IMG/VR virus record: IMGVR_UViG_3300037400_003843
Location: 1-64,000 of that record
Length of the DNA stretch: 64,000 bases
Direction: 5' to 3' (one strand)
Source of the DNA: a virus
Lineage: Duplodnaviria > Caudoviricetes
Position 1 is the stretch's first letter, and each line of letters opens with the position of its first letter. This document shows, in pieces, positions 24,887-32,932 of the stretch. The notes under the pieces were generated by a model. That model saw only the letters and a program-made list of their open reading frames with translations, did not search any database and was not told where the DNA came from. A program made the position numbers and the translations under genes.

Positions 24887-24950
24887 CGTCGTGATGACGT
24901 TATAGTGTATTAGTATTAGTATTACTGACAGCCGGGAAAGACCGGCTCAA

Positions 24951-25035
24951 GGAAAGTTGGGGGATCGGTTTAACCCAGGCGCCCGCTACGCGCCCGTTCC
25001 GAAAGGGGCCGATGGTTCGAATCCATCACTTTCCG
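24951..25035 (+). tRNA. tRNA-Ser(GCT) with non-canonical C33/C38
   Basis: GGAAAGT/ACTTTCC, GGCGC-CCGCTAC-GCGCC, long variable arm, G73. Confidence 0.8.
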
Positions 25036-25046
25036 CAGGCAATATT

Positions 25047-25112
25047 GCCAAATAACCGCAAAGACCGGTAAAAGGAGCCGGGTCCGGATGCAAGTTCCGG
25101 AATGTTGGTACC
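25047..25112 (+). ncRNA. D-armless tRNA-like element
   Basis: CCGGT-AAAAGGA-GCCGG hairpin, CCGGA-TGCAAGT-TCCGG T-arm, imperfect gccaa/ttggt acceptor, ACC end. Confidence 0.4.
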
Positions 25113-25196
25113 TAGAGATTGACAGCCGGAAAGACGGCGCCTGGGCAGGCATCGGGCCTTTTTGCCTGCCCTAAAGGGAACATAATTTTGTTTGTT

Positions 25197-25508
25197 ATGG
25201 ATATAATTAATGGTATTTTTTCGGAAGCTTTCTGGTGGATTGCTCCGATTCTGATGACGCTGACGGTCGCGTTGGCGGGTGTTATCAATGGCTGGACCAA
25301 GGCGGAGGGTTTCTGGGCCCAACTGACGGCCTGGGCGGTAGGTTCCGGCCTGAGTGTTGGAGCCTGGGCGCTGAAGCTGATTGCTTTCGGCGATCCGGTA
25401 TGGCTCGGCGTCGTATGTCTGTGCGTTGTTGTTGGTCTTAGCAGCAACGGCGTGTATGACATCCCTGCGATTAAGGCTTTCGTGGACAGTTGGTTCAAGA
25501 AGGCTTAG
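25197..25508 (+). CDS. Holin-like membrane protein (three TM helices)
   Basis: Start trimmed to MDIING; three hydrophobic segments, GLSSNGVYD, basic C-terminus. Confidence 0.65.
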   Translation: MDIINGIFSEAFWWIAPILMTLTVALAGVINGWTKAEGFWAQLTAWAVGSGLSVGAWALKLIAFGDPVWLGVVCLCVVVGLSSNGVYDIPAIKAFVDSWFKKA

Positions 25509-25515
25509 CTGGAAA

Positions 25516-25595
25516 GGCGGCTTAGCTCAGTCGGTAGAGCGCATCCGGTCGGCCAGTATTGGATGGGGTCGGGAGTTCGAATCTCCTCGCCGCCT
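25516..25595 (+). tRNA. tRNA-like gene with expanded (14 nt) anticodon loop; anticodon undetermined
   Basis: GGCGGC/GCCGCC acceptor, GCTC-AGTCGGTA-GAGC D arm, CATCC-14nt-GGATG, GGGAG-TTCGAAT-CTCCT. Confidence 0.7.
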
Positions 25596-25741
25596 CTTGT
25601 AAGTTTAAAATTAAATTCGCATCTTTGCAATCCGCGTCAAAGGGAACGGCGCAGAAGAAAAATCGGGCTGGAGTGGCCAGGGTGTTCCCACCTTCTTCGG
25701 AAGGGCCCTGTCCATTCCAGCCTTTTTGTACTAAAAACCGC

Positions 25742-27211
25742 ATGAAGTACAGTGATATCGTAGATTACCTTGTGTCCACGGCCGGACAGTCTTTTGATAG
25801 TTTCGGCCTGTCGGATGACAGGGTAAACAAGAAGACGGAGGCAGGCATTGCTATAGCCATGCGCCGTTATATCTGCGGGATCGACGGTGATGATGGGAAC
25901 GATTTCTTCAAGGTGGACGACGATGGCCTGCTTTATGTGTACAACGGGCAGTATTTTGAGCAGATGTTGGAAGAGACGCTCCTTGAAATCATTATCGAGG
26001 TCCTGGAGAGGAGTAATGTAGGCATAGTCTATCAGACCGGTTCTGCGAAAATCATAAAAGAATACTGCTTAAACCGGCTGAAAGGGGACGAACGATGCAA
26101 GTTTGTCGCCGATAGGCGGTATATATGCTTTAAGAACGGTGTTTTTGACCTGCAGCAGATGAAGCTGGTTCCGTTCAGTGTGAAATACAAGACGGACATT
26201 ATCCTGGACTTCGACTATATCGCCAATGTGCACTCGGCTCTTTGGGATAAGGTTCTCGCACAGACGGTTCCGGACGAGAATATGAGGGAAACTCTGCACC
26301 AGTACTGCGGCTGCTTCCTTGCGAACCGGAATGAATACAAAATCGAGTATATCTGCTTTGTAGTCGGAGAGGGTCAGAACGGCAAGAGTATCATCTGCAA
26401 GGCCGTTGTGAATATGCTCGGACCGAATGTGGCGAGCAGCTATAGCCCTGAGCAGCTCTTTAAAAGCAGCCAGATGGAGTACCACCTGGCCGATGTGAAT
26501 GGAAAAATAGTGAATTATTGCGATGAAGTGTCAAACAAAGACTTTTCTGGCGGTGACTTTAAGCAGTTTGTCTCCGGTGGAGCCTTCACCGGCCGGCATC
26601 CCTACTCGAAAAGGCCGACAAAGGTGGACAAGATCCCGCTTATGCTCTGCTGCGCCAATAAAATTCCCCCGACAACCGACGACACTGAGGGTTATTTTAG
26701 AAGATTTCTAATTATCCTCGCCCCTAACCACATTGATGACAGAGACAAGGACCCGATGCTGGAAATGAAGCTGAAGGCGCCGGAAGTGAAGGCCGCAATC
26801 TTCAACTGGGTCCTGGAAGGATACAAGACCTTCATGAAGAACGATGGTAAAATCGAGATAGCGAGCTCTGTGAAGGAAGTCGTGGATGAGATGAAGGCTA
26901 ATAGTAATAGCCTGCGCCGCTGGATTGACACTATGGGGTATGTCGCAGCTCAGCCGGAAGACAAGAGGGCCCCTGGTTGGAAGTCTCTGAAGGAATGGGT
27001 TCAGCTCTATAAGGCGTACTGCGATGACTGGGGCGAAACGCCGAGGTCGAGAAGTGCAGTGACCGAGCAGTTCAAGAAGATGAATGCGGTTTCCGAGAGA
27101 AGATCCGATGGTATATGGTACTACCTGGAGGTTGCGCCGGTGGAGACGGTCAAGAGTGAGCCGGTTGTGGAGGAAAAGAAAGAGGTTGAGGAGGATTTGC
27201 CTTTTAGTTAA
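25742..27211 (+). CDS. D5/P4-like SF3 primase-associated helicase
   Basis: FKNGVFDL, GEGQNGKS Walker A, YCDE Walker B, CANKIP, FRRFLII. Confidence 0.9.
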   Translation: MKYSDIVDYLVSTAGQSFDSFGLSDDRVNKKTEAGIAIAMRRYICGIDGDDGNDFFKVDDDGLLYVYNGQYFEQMLEETLLEIIIEVLERSNVGIVYQTGSAKIIKEYCLNRLKGDERCKFVADRRYICFKNGVFDLQQMKLVPFSVKYKTDIILDFDYIANVHSALWDKVLAQTVPDENMRETLHQYCGCFLANRNEYKIEYICFVVGEGQNGKSIICKAVVNMLGPNVASSYSPEQLFKSSQMEYHLADVNGKIVNYCDEVSNKDFSGGDFKQFVSGGAFTGRHPYSKRPTKVDKIPLMLCCANKIPPTTDDTEGYFRRFLIILAPNHIDDRDKDPMLEMKLKAPEVKAAIFNWVLEGYKTFMKNDGKIEIASSVKEVVDEMKANSNSLRRWIDTMGYVAAQPEDKRAPGWKSLKEWVQLYKAYCDDWGETPRSRSAVTEQFKKMNAVSERRSDGIWYYLEVAPVETVKSEPVVEEKKEVEEDLPFS

Positions 27212-27247
27212 GGACCTGGGTAAGTCCTTAAACTGCCCGAATACAAG

Positions 27248-28165
27248 ATGGCAAAGAAAGAGACATATAGTTTTGCTTTTGATCCCGTAGCGGCTCTTAG
27301 GAACGCTCCGAAGTTAATGGGAATGGAGTTGAAGCAGTGCGGGCCAAATAAGCTTTGTGGTGGGTACTATCTCAATCGCGAAAGGCACCAGTTCCGTACT
27401 GATAAAATTAAGGTCTTTATCTCGAGGGGAACTGTATGGGTAGCAGAGGAGGGTGGACGTTGTATCAGTCTTCCGCAGTGGTTAATCGAGTTTGGCCAGG
27501 CCGCCGACTTCAAGGACGCTCTTAGGATTATTAAAGGAGGGTCGCAGGCCATAAATTGGGAAGAGGAGTCTGTACGCATAAAGAAAGTGCAACTCAAATA
27601 TGTTAGCCAAGATGTTTTGGCCGGTGCGAAGGCGTATGACTTAAACCTGAGCCCGCTGTTTCGACATATGTGCAAACTCTTCCCGGAGCCTCGTGTTCGT
27701 GCGATTTGGGACGCATACAATGTGACAGCCACGAGCAAGGGTGGCACTTGCTTTTGGTATCTGAATGCGGATGGCCGGATTTGCCACGACAAGGTAGTCT
27801 TTTACGACGAAACGGGCCATAGAATTAAGACTCTTCCGATGGGACGCCAGTATCGTATTGGAGACGGGTACACAGAAAGCCCCATGTTCGGTAGTCACTT
27901 CAAGAAGAAGCCGAAGGGAATACTTGAGTCAGAAAAGTCAGCGCTTTACGCGTCTTGTTTTTTCGGAGGCGTTTGGCTTGCGACTGGTGGAATGGGAAAC
28001 CTTCACGATCCGGGAGATATACCTCTTTATGCGGATAGGGACGCGGAAGAAATATGGTCCGCGAAGGGTGACTGCGTTGACTGGTACAGCGACTGGCCGG
28101 AATGCGGCGACCACAGTGATTTGGGTGATAAAATTGAATGGATGATTTTGAATAATTCTAAATAA
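27248..28165 (+). CDS. Putative primase-like (Toprim-type) protein
   Basis: FWYLNADGRICHDKVVFY, ILESEKSALY, WLATGG, LYADRDA, GDHSDLGD. Confidence 0.65.
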   Translation: MAKKETYSFAFDPVAALRNAPKLMGMELKQCGPNKLCGGYYLNRERHQFRTDKIKVFISRGTVWVAEEGGRCISLPQWLIEFGQAADFKDALRIIKGGSQAINWEEESVRIKKVQLKYVSQDVLAGAKAYDLNLSPLFRHMCKLFPEPRVRAIWDAYNVTATSKGGTCFWYLNADGRICHDKVVFYDETGHRIKTLPMGRQYRIGDGYTESPMFGSHFKKKPKGILESEKSALYASCFFGGVWLATGGMGNLHDPGDIPLYADRDAEEIWSAKGDCVDWYSDWPECGDHSDLGDKIEWMILNNSK

Positions 28166-28166
28166 G

Positions 28167-28448
28167 ATGGTTGACCCTAGCATATGGAGAAAGTACGTCT
28201 CGATTATGGAGTCCATAGTTGGTGGCGACATAAGGAGCCGGTCCAGAAAGAGAGATTTCGTGGTCGGAAGGTCTCTTGTTGCGCATCAGCTCAGGATTGA
28301 CGGCTGGACCCTGGAGAGGATTGGCCTTGCGTTGAACAGGGATCACGCTACGGTTAGTCATGCGCTTGATATGGCCCGGGATTACATGATGTACCCGGAT
28401 TTTGCTGAAATTTGGTCTAAGTTTCAAATAAAAATCAACGAAAAATGA
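28167..28448 (+). CDS. DnaA C-terminal-like HTH protein
   Basis: RSLVAHQLR...TLERIGLALNRDHATVSHA resembles DnaA domain IV. Confidence 0.7.
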   Translation: MVDPSIWRKYVSIMESIVGGDIRSRSRKRDFVVGRSLVAHQLRIDGWTLERIGLALNRDHATVSHALDMARDYMMYPDFAEIWSKFQIKINEK

Positions 28449-28930
28449 AGAACATTAAAGAAAAAATCATGCAATGGTGGTACTTCCACGTGCAGAATCC
28501 GGTCGTCCGTAAGGGCGAGAGTAAGGACGGTGCGTTCAGGTGGACGTTCAGGAGATTCACAATGGACATCTCTACGCTTTCCGGTAATTTCAAGGCGAGA
28601 TTCACGGCCGGCGAACATCCGTTTGCCGCTCTCTTGTCTGACGAGTCTGACAAGAACACTCCAGGCTTTGCCGAGATTCTGTACACGGTAGGTATGCTAC
28701 TGACAACGGAGCAAAAATTCGCGAACGATATCCAGAACGCGATTAAGCGGTATCAAGACAGGGCTACGAAGTCTGCAAAGGTTGAGGAAGACGAAATTGA
28801 AGAGAAAATAGCGTTAGAAACCGAAAAACAGATCCAGGAGCTAGTGGATATGCCGAAGAAGGAACGGAAGAAGGTTGAGAAAAAGATTGACAGGAAGTTC
28901 AAAAAGGCGGTAAAGGATTTGGAGAAATAA
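28445..28930 (+). CDS. Hypothetical protein
   Basis: 161 aa, basic coiled-coil C-terminus. Confidence 0.8.
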   Translation: MKNIKEKIMQWWYFHVQNPVVRKGESKDGAFRWTFRRFTMDISTLSGNFKARFTAGEHPFAALLSDESDKNTPGFAEILYTVGMLLTTEQKFANDIQNAIKRYQDRATKSAKVEEDEIEEKIALETEKQIQELVDMPKKERKKVEKKIDRKFKKAVKDLEK

Positions 28931-28941
28931 GAATAATTCGC

Positions 28942-29044
28942 TATCTTTGCTCTTGCTATGTACGAGATAGCGGAAGAAATATAGGATGCTCGGATAAGTA
29001 GGTGTTTGCTCGTACCATTCACTGAAAGTTCGGGCACTTTTTTT
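28942..29044 (+). ncRNA. Promoter plus kissing-loop / loop-E leader, family A copy 1
   Basis: gctat-GTACGAG-atagc; tgctcgga-taAGTAgg...CTCGTAC...ctGAAag-ttcgggca-T run. Confidence 0.8.
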
Positions 29045-29050
29045 ACAAAA

Positions 29051-29626
29051 ATGAAAGAAGAAATTTGGAAGGATATTCCCGGGTATGAGGGGATATACCA
29101 AGTTAGCGATTGGGGAAGAGTTCGCTCCCTCGACATGTTCGTTCCGATAAGGGGTGGAGTGCAAACAAGGCATGGTAGAGTTTTGGTTCCATATATCAAT
29201 ATAGATGGATATAGAACCGTTTCCCTATGTAAAAACAAGAAGAAAAGGACTTTGAGGGTATGCAGGTTGGTCGCTATTACTTTTATTCTTAATCAGTATA
29301 ATTATCCAACAGTCAATCATATAAACGAGATAAAAACAGACGATCGCGTTGAGAATCTCGAGTGGTGCACAGTGAAATATAATTTAAATTATAGAAACCG
29401 GCGAGCAAACGCAACGGCGACAAGAAAACGAAATAAAGTCGGATTCAAGCCTGTTGAGCAATATGACCTAAGTGGCAATCTTGTTGCTGTTTACGAAAGC
29501 ACAGCCGCCGCAGCCCGGGCGACCGGCTGCGGCCAAGGTTTAATTTCGAATAATTGCCTGGGAAGAACAAAAACCGCAGGCGGTTATAAATGGAAATACT
29601 TGGATGGCACAGATATTGTAGAATAA
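29051..29626 (+). CDS. NUMOD4-HNH-NUMOD1 homing endonuclease
   Basis: MKEEIWKDIPGYEGIYQVS, VNHINEIKTDDRVENLEWCT, KTAGGYKWKY. Confidence 0.92.
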   Translation: MKEEIWKDIPGYEGIYQVSDWGRVRSLDMFVPIRGGVQTRHGRVLVPYINIDGYRTVSLCKNKKKRTLRVCRLVAITFILNQYNYPTVNHINEIKTDDRVENLEWCTVKYNLNYRNRRANATATRKRNKVGFKPVEQYDLSGNLVAVYESTAAAARATGCGQGLISNNCLGRTKTAGGYKWKYLDGTDIVE

Positions 29627-29643
29627 TTTTTTAAAATATTGAT

Positions 29644-30183
29644 ATGGAGCAAACCGATATTCATTTCCGTACTGGCGGAAATATCACTCACGCTGGGATA
29701 GAGGTCCTTCCGGCCGGTCGCGATATCGAGTACATTGTACTTGAGAGCATTGAGTTTAAGGAAAGCGAGAAAATTAATGGCCGTAGCCAGGACGGCGTTT
29801 GGATAGGGCATTTCGCCCCTAATCCGTACACGTCACTCCCTTGGGTTATAAATAGCACAAATCGCCGTAGGCTCGCCAAACTCTTCCCTGAATGCGAGGG
29901 GTACCTCGCAAGGCTTCACAATGTGGCAATTCGTCTCACGAAGGAAAAAACAAGAGATCCACAAGATGGGGGAGAATGTTTTGGCCTCCGCGTAAGTCTT
30001 ATTCCGGCAAAGCAGCCAGAGGCTCCCGCAAAGAAAGCTATCCAGGAGAACCAGATTCAGGCCATTGTCGATTGGGCGAAGAAGAACGGCTACGGCATCG
30101 AGCAGATTGCTGAGAAGTACGACTTCGCTTCTGATGCGGTTAAGCAGGCCATCATTGACAAGTTGGAGGACTTACCTGAATAG
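29644..30183 (+). CDS. Putative ssDNA-binding/annealing partner of the exonuclease
   Basis: INSTNRRRL motif; lies immediately upstream of the YqaJ-like gene. Confidence 0.5.
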   Translation: MEQTDIHFRTGGNITHAGIEVLPAGRDIEYIVLESIEFKESEKINGRSQDGVWIGHFAPNPYTSLPWVINSTNRRRLAKLFPECEGYLARLHNVAIRLTKEKTRDPQDGGECFGLRVSLIPAKQPEAPAKKAIQENQIQAIVDWAKKNGYGIEQIAEKYDFASDAVKQAIIDKLEDLPE

Positions 30184-30185
30184 TT

Positions 30186-30944
30186 ATGGACAAAGAGCAC
30201 AAATGGAGACTTGAACGATGCGGATATATTACCGCATCCATGCTTTCGGACATTACATCGAAATCTGGGAAGATTATCGACGGGAATTTGACTGCTATCC
30301 GCTCGAAGCGATTCGAACGGAAATACGGTTATCCTTTGCAAGTATCTTCGCGCACAATGGAAATCGGGACCGAGAACGAGAAGTATGTTATCGAGTGGTT
30401 TCGTAATCAGTATCCAGACATTCCAATTATTTACGCACAGGAATTGGGTGAAAATATTCCATTTTGGAAGGTGGGTTGGGCTAAGTTCGGAGCTTCCCCA
30501 GACGCTTTCACTGAGGACGAAAGGATTGTTATAGATGCAAAGACGGTCGTAAGTAATTCCAATATCGAGTTCTTTGCTGACGAGTACACATCCTATGAGG
30601 AGAAGAAAGCAAAGGTTTGGGAAGAGCACGGCGACCAGATTTTAGGGTTATGGCTGTCTAATCCAAAGACCGAGGAGGTCTGGATTGTTAAGCACATCTA
30701 CTGCGACGAGTTCAACGAGTTCGAGCCAGCAGACCCCCTTGCCACCTGGCGCGGTCTTGTCTTCAAGTTCGCTCGGAAGGATTTCGAGGCATCTATCGCC
30801 GAGATGAAGGACCGCATTATCCTTTTCGACAAGATGATTGACGCACCTGTAGATCCTTCTCAGTTCAAGGTCGGAGAATGGAGCGTAAGGGGAGGACAAC
30901 TTCATCAAGAGACCCCTATGCCGGCCGAGAAGAAAAAGAAATGA
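30186..30944 (+). CDS. YqaJ / lambda-exonuclease-like PD-(D/E)XK nuclease
   Basis: WRLERCGYITAS, MEIGTENE, GASPDA, IDAK. Confidence 0.8.
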   Translation: MDKEHKWRLERCGYITASMLSDITSKSGKIIDGNLTAIRSKRFERKYGYPLQVSSRTMEIGTENEKYVIEWFRNQYPDIPIIYAQELGENIPFWKVGWAKFGASPDAFTEDERIVIDAKTVVSNSNIEFFADEYTSYEEKKAKVWEEHGDQILGLWLSNPKTEEVWIVKHIYCDEFNEFEPADPLATWRGLVFKFARKDFEASIAEMKDRIILFDKMIDAPVDPSQFKVGEWSVRGGQLHQETPMPAEKKKK

Positions 30945-31510
30945 GAGACCCTCTTAACAGAGCAAACGGACCGGCTATAATTCGGCTTTATGACGCATGC
31001 TTTAAGCGTGGCGTCATTGACTCATGCGAAGCCAACGACGACTATGCTGTTCGTGAATTTATTTCCAAGCATAAGTTTAAGTGGACCTTCGGGACGATTA
31101 AGGAGCCCGATGGCGTGGATTGGAGGTCGTTTCGTTTTATCCTTTACAGGATTGCGAGGGAAACAGGTTTAATGGGCCTTTCCGAGAACTATATCGCTAT
31201 GATCCGGAAGACAAATTACCTTTGGTGCCTTCTTCCGTATTGCATGTGGTTCTATCTCATGGGCGCTCAGGAGTGGTTGGCTTACCCTTCTGCTCCGCAG
31301 ATTGAAATTTTCAAGTCGCACAAGAGGGTTCACTGGGACCCAAACTGTCCGGTAAAGAAATTTACCAGAATGGACTATATTTCATACATGCATGAGGCTT
31401 CGTTTGAGTACAGGAAGTTTGACGATGAGAATAAGCCAGTCACAGACACTCTGATGGAGAGTTATTGCAATGCCGTTTTCGATATAACCAAAAGCTATGT
31501 CTCAAAATAA
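30941..31510 (+). CDS. Hypothetical protein
   Basis: Start trimmed to MRDPLNR (ATGA overlap). Confidence 0.75.
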   Translation: MRDPLNRANGPAIIRLYDACFKRGVIDSCEANDDYAVREFISKHKFKWTFGTIKEPDGVDWRSFRFILYRIARETGLMGLSENYIAMIRKTNYLWCLLPYCMWFYLMGAQEWLAYPSAPQIEIFKSHKRVHWDPNCPVKKFTRMDYISYMHEASFEYRKFDDENKPVTDTLMESYCNAVFDITKSYVSK

Positions 31511-31856
31511 AATATACCGCGTTCCCCATGAGGAACCCAACGATTTTCGCTGGGATTACATTCTCTTGCCGTACGGCCAATATTACGAGAAGACTGCGGC
31601 CATACTTAGTGCTCGCCCAGGTGACACTTTGCGGTTTTTCGAGGGACGAGATGCGGAGATTAAGGGGGTTAGGCTTATCGAGGACGAAGAGCTATGCGGT
31701 ATTCTCTCAAGGACGCGCTACGGCCTCCCTTGGCCCGTCGTGTTTGATCAGTGGCGAAGAGACGCTATCCTGGAAGGACATGGCGGAGGAGTCTTGCTAC
31801 CACATAAGTGCATATTTGTAGCGTTTACTTACAAATGCGAAGAAAAGCAGAAATAG
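31497..31856 (+). CDS. Hypothetical protein
   Basis: 119 aa, overlap-coupled. Confidence 0.7.
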   Translation: MSQNKIYRVPHEEPNDFRWDYILLPYGQYYEKTAAILSARPGDTLRFFEGRDAEIKGVRLIEDEELCGILSRTRYGLPWPVVFDQWRRDAILEGHGGGVLLPHKCIFVAFTYKCEEKQK

Positions 31857-32179
31857 CCGCACCGAAGCGGGAGATGCCTGCCGAGAGTTATGGCATCAAT
31901 GCAAAGTCTGCTGAGTATATCCTATGCCCGGCAAACGCGATTGAGGATGCGTTTTACAAGCGGAATCCGGATAATCCGTATCGCCTGAAGACCGTGGACG
32001 GAGCGGAGCACTCGGTGTTGTTCCTCTGCACATGGTTTAATCGTGGAACCATGTACGACGATGAGCTGGAGGCGACGTGCCAGAGATATTACGGCATGAC
32101 TTTTGAAGGCATAAGGTCTATGTGGATAGGAAGGCTGGGTCGCGTTGACGATTACTGGCACCTTATAAAACTTAGTTGA
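31808..32179 (+). CDS. Hypothetical protein
   Basis: ORF in operon; start uncertain. Confidence 0.65.
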   Translation: MHICSVYLQMRRKAEIAAPKREMPAESYGINAKSAEYILCPANAIEDAFYKRNPDNPYRLKTVDGAEHSVLFLCTWFNRGTMYDDELEATCQRYYGMTFEGIRSMWIGRLGRVDDYWHLIKLS

Positions 32180-32355
32180 TGGACGAGAAGTTGGCTATGG
32201 AGTTGTTTGAAAACGGCGAGGCATTCGGCGTTTATGTGAACATCATCCTTATGGAAGCAAATGGAATGGCGTATTTTTCGTTTGACGGCCACGAATGGCA
32301 CGAAGCAGAGCATCCAGCGTTTAGGGATTGCTTAAAACAAGCTAAAAAACTATAG
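32179..32355 (+). CDS. 58 aa hypothetical protein
   Basis: Hand-translated MDEKLAMELFENGEAFG...; stop/start overlap. Confidence 0.5.
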   Translation: MDEKLAMELFENGEAFGVYVNIILMEANGMAYFSFDGHEWHEAEHPAFRDCLKQAKKL

Positions 32356-32359
32356 TATT

Positions 32360-32746
32360 ATGGAAAATTCATTATTTCCCTTAAAGTACCGCCTCCGTAA
32401 GACGGATGAGCCGGTAGAGATTGTCGCCTGGGAGACCATTGAAAAGGGCGCACGGAATGAGAATGACTGGGTGTCGTACATCGACGCCCAGGGAGTGGAG
32501 CATATCAAGGAGCATCTGACGCTCGAGTGGGATTTTGTCATCCAGACGCCGTTTGAGAAAGTGCTTGCCGGCGGGTTCGGAAGCGGCTTGGACAAGTTCG
32601 ACCCGTGGGAATCGAGGCGGTATGAGCTGGTGAAGGAGATGTACATCAAGGAGTGGGATTCGGATGTAGACTCCGACATTGATGACCTTGTCGCAATCGC
32701 TGACGAAATTATTGATGCACTGAAAAAACCGAACAATGGGCTGTAG
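32360..32746 (+). CDS. Hypothetical protein
   Basis: 128 aa; WESRRYELVKEM...AIADEIIDALK. Confidence 0.8.
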   Translation: MENSLFPLKYRLRKTDEPVEIVAWETIEKGARNENDWVSYIDAQGVEHIKEHLTLEWDFVIQTPFEKVLAGGFGSGLDKFDPWESRRYELVKEMYIKEWDSDVDSDIDDLVAIADEIIDALKKPNNGL

Positions 32747-32853
32747 TAGGATTGCCGCCGATGTGAGCCCATGAGCCCATACTATCAGGACAGACTGAAT
32801 AGGGCGACAGACCACGGGGTAATTCCCAAGGAGTGCACTAACGGCGGCGTTTT

Positions 32854-32927
32854 GGATGGGTAGCTCAGTGGTAGAGCGCGGTAAGAGTTGAGACCGTAAG
32901 TCGCGGATTCGAGTTCCGCCCCGTCCG
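32854..32927 (+). tRNA. tRNA-like gene with 10-nt purine-rich anticodon loop; anticodon undetermined
   Basis: GGATGGG/CCCGTCC, GCTC-AGTGGTA-GAGC, CGGT-AAGAGTTGAG-ACCG, GCGGA-TTCGAGT-TCCGC. Confidence 0.7.
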
Positions 32928-32932
32928 CAAAT

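Larger units (their letters stand above)
24781..25138 (+). repeat. Three copies of the GACA(A)-GCCG(G)GAAAGAC(C)GGC hairpin among the tRNA genes
   Basis: 24781-96, 24931-46, 25125-38. Confidence 0.75.

Noticed and set aside
24887-24930. HDV-like (theta) ribozyme after a tRNA
   Set aside because: The sequence 3' of the tRNAs does not show the nested double-pseudoknot pairing pattern
24802-25595. Stop-codon reassignment or suppressor tRNA
   Set aside because: No CTA/TCA/TTA anticodon in register, and genes translate to full length with the standard code
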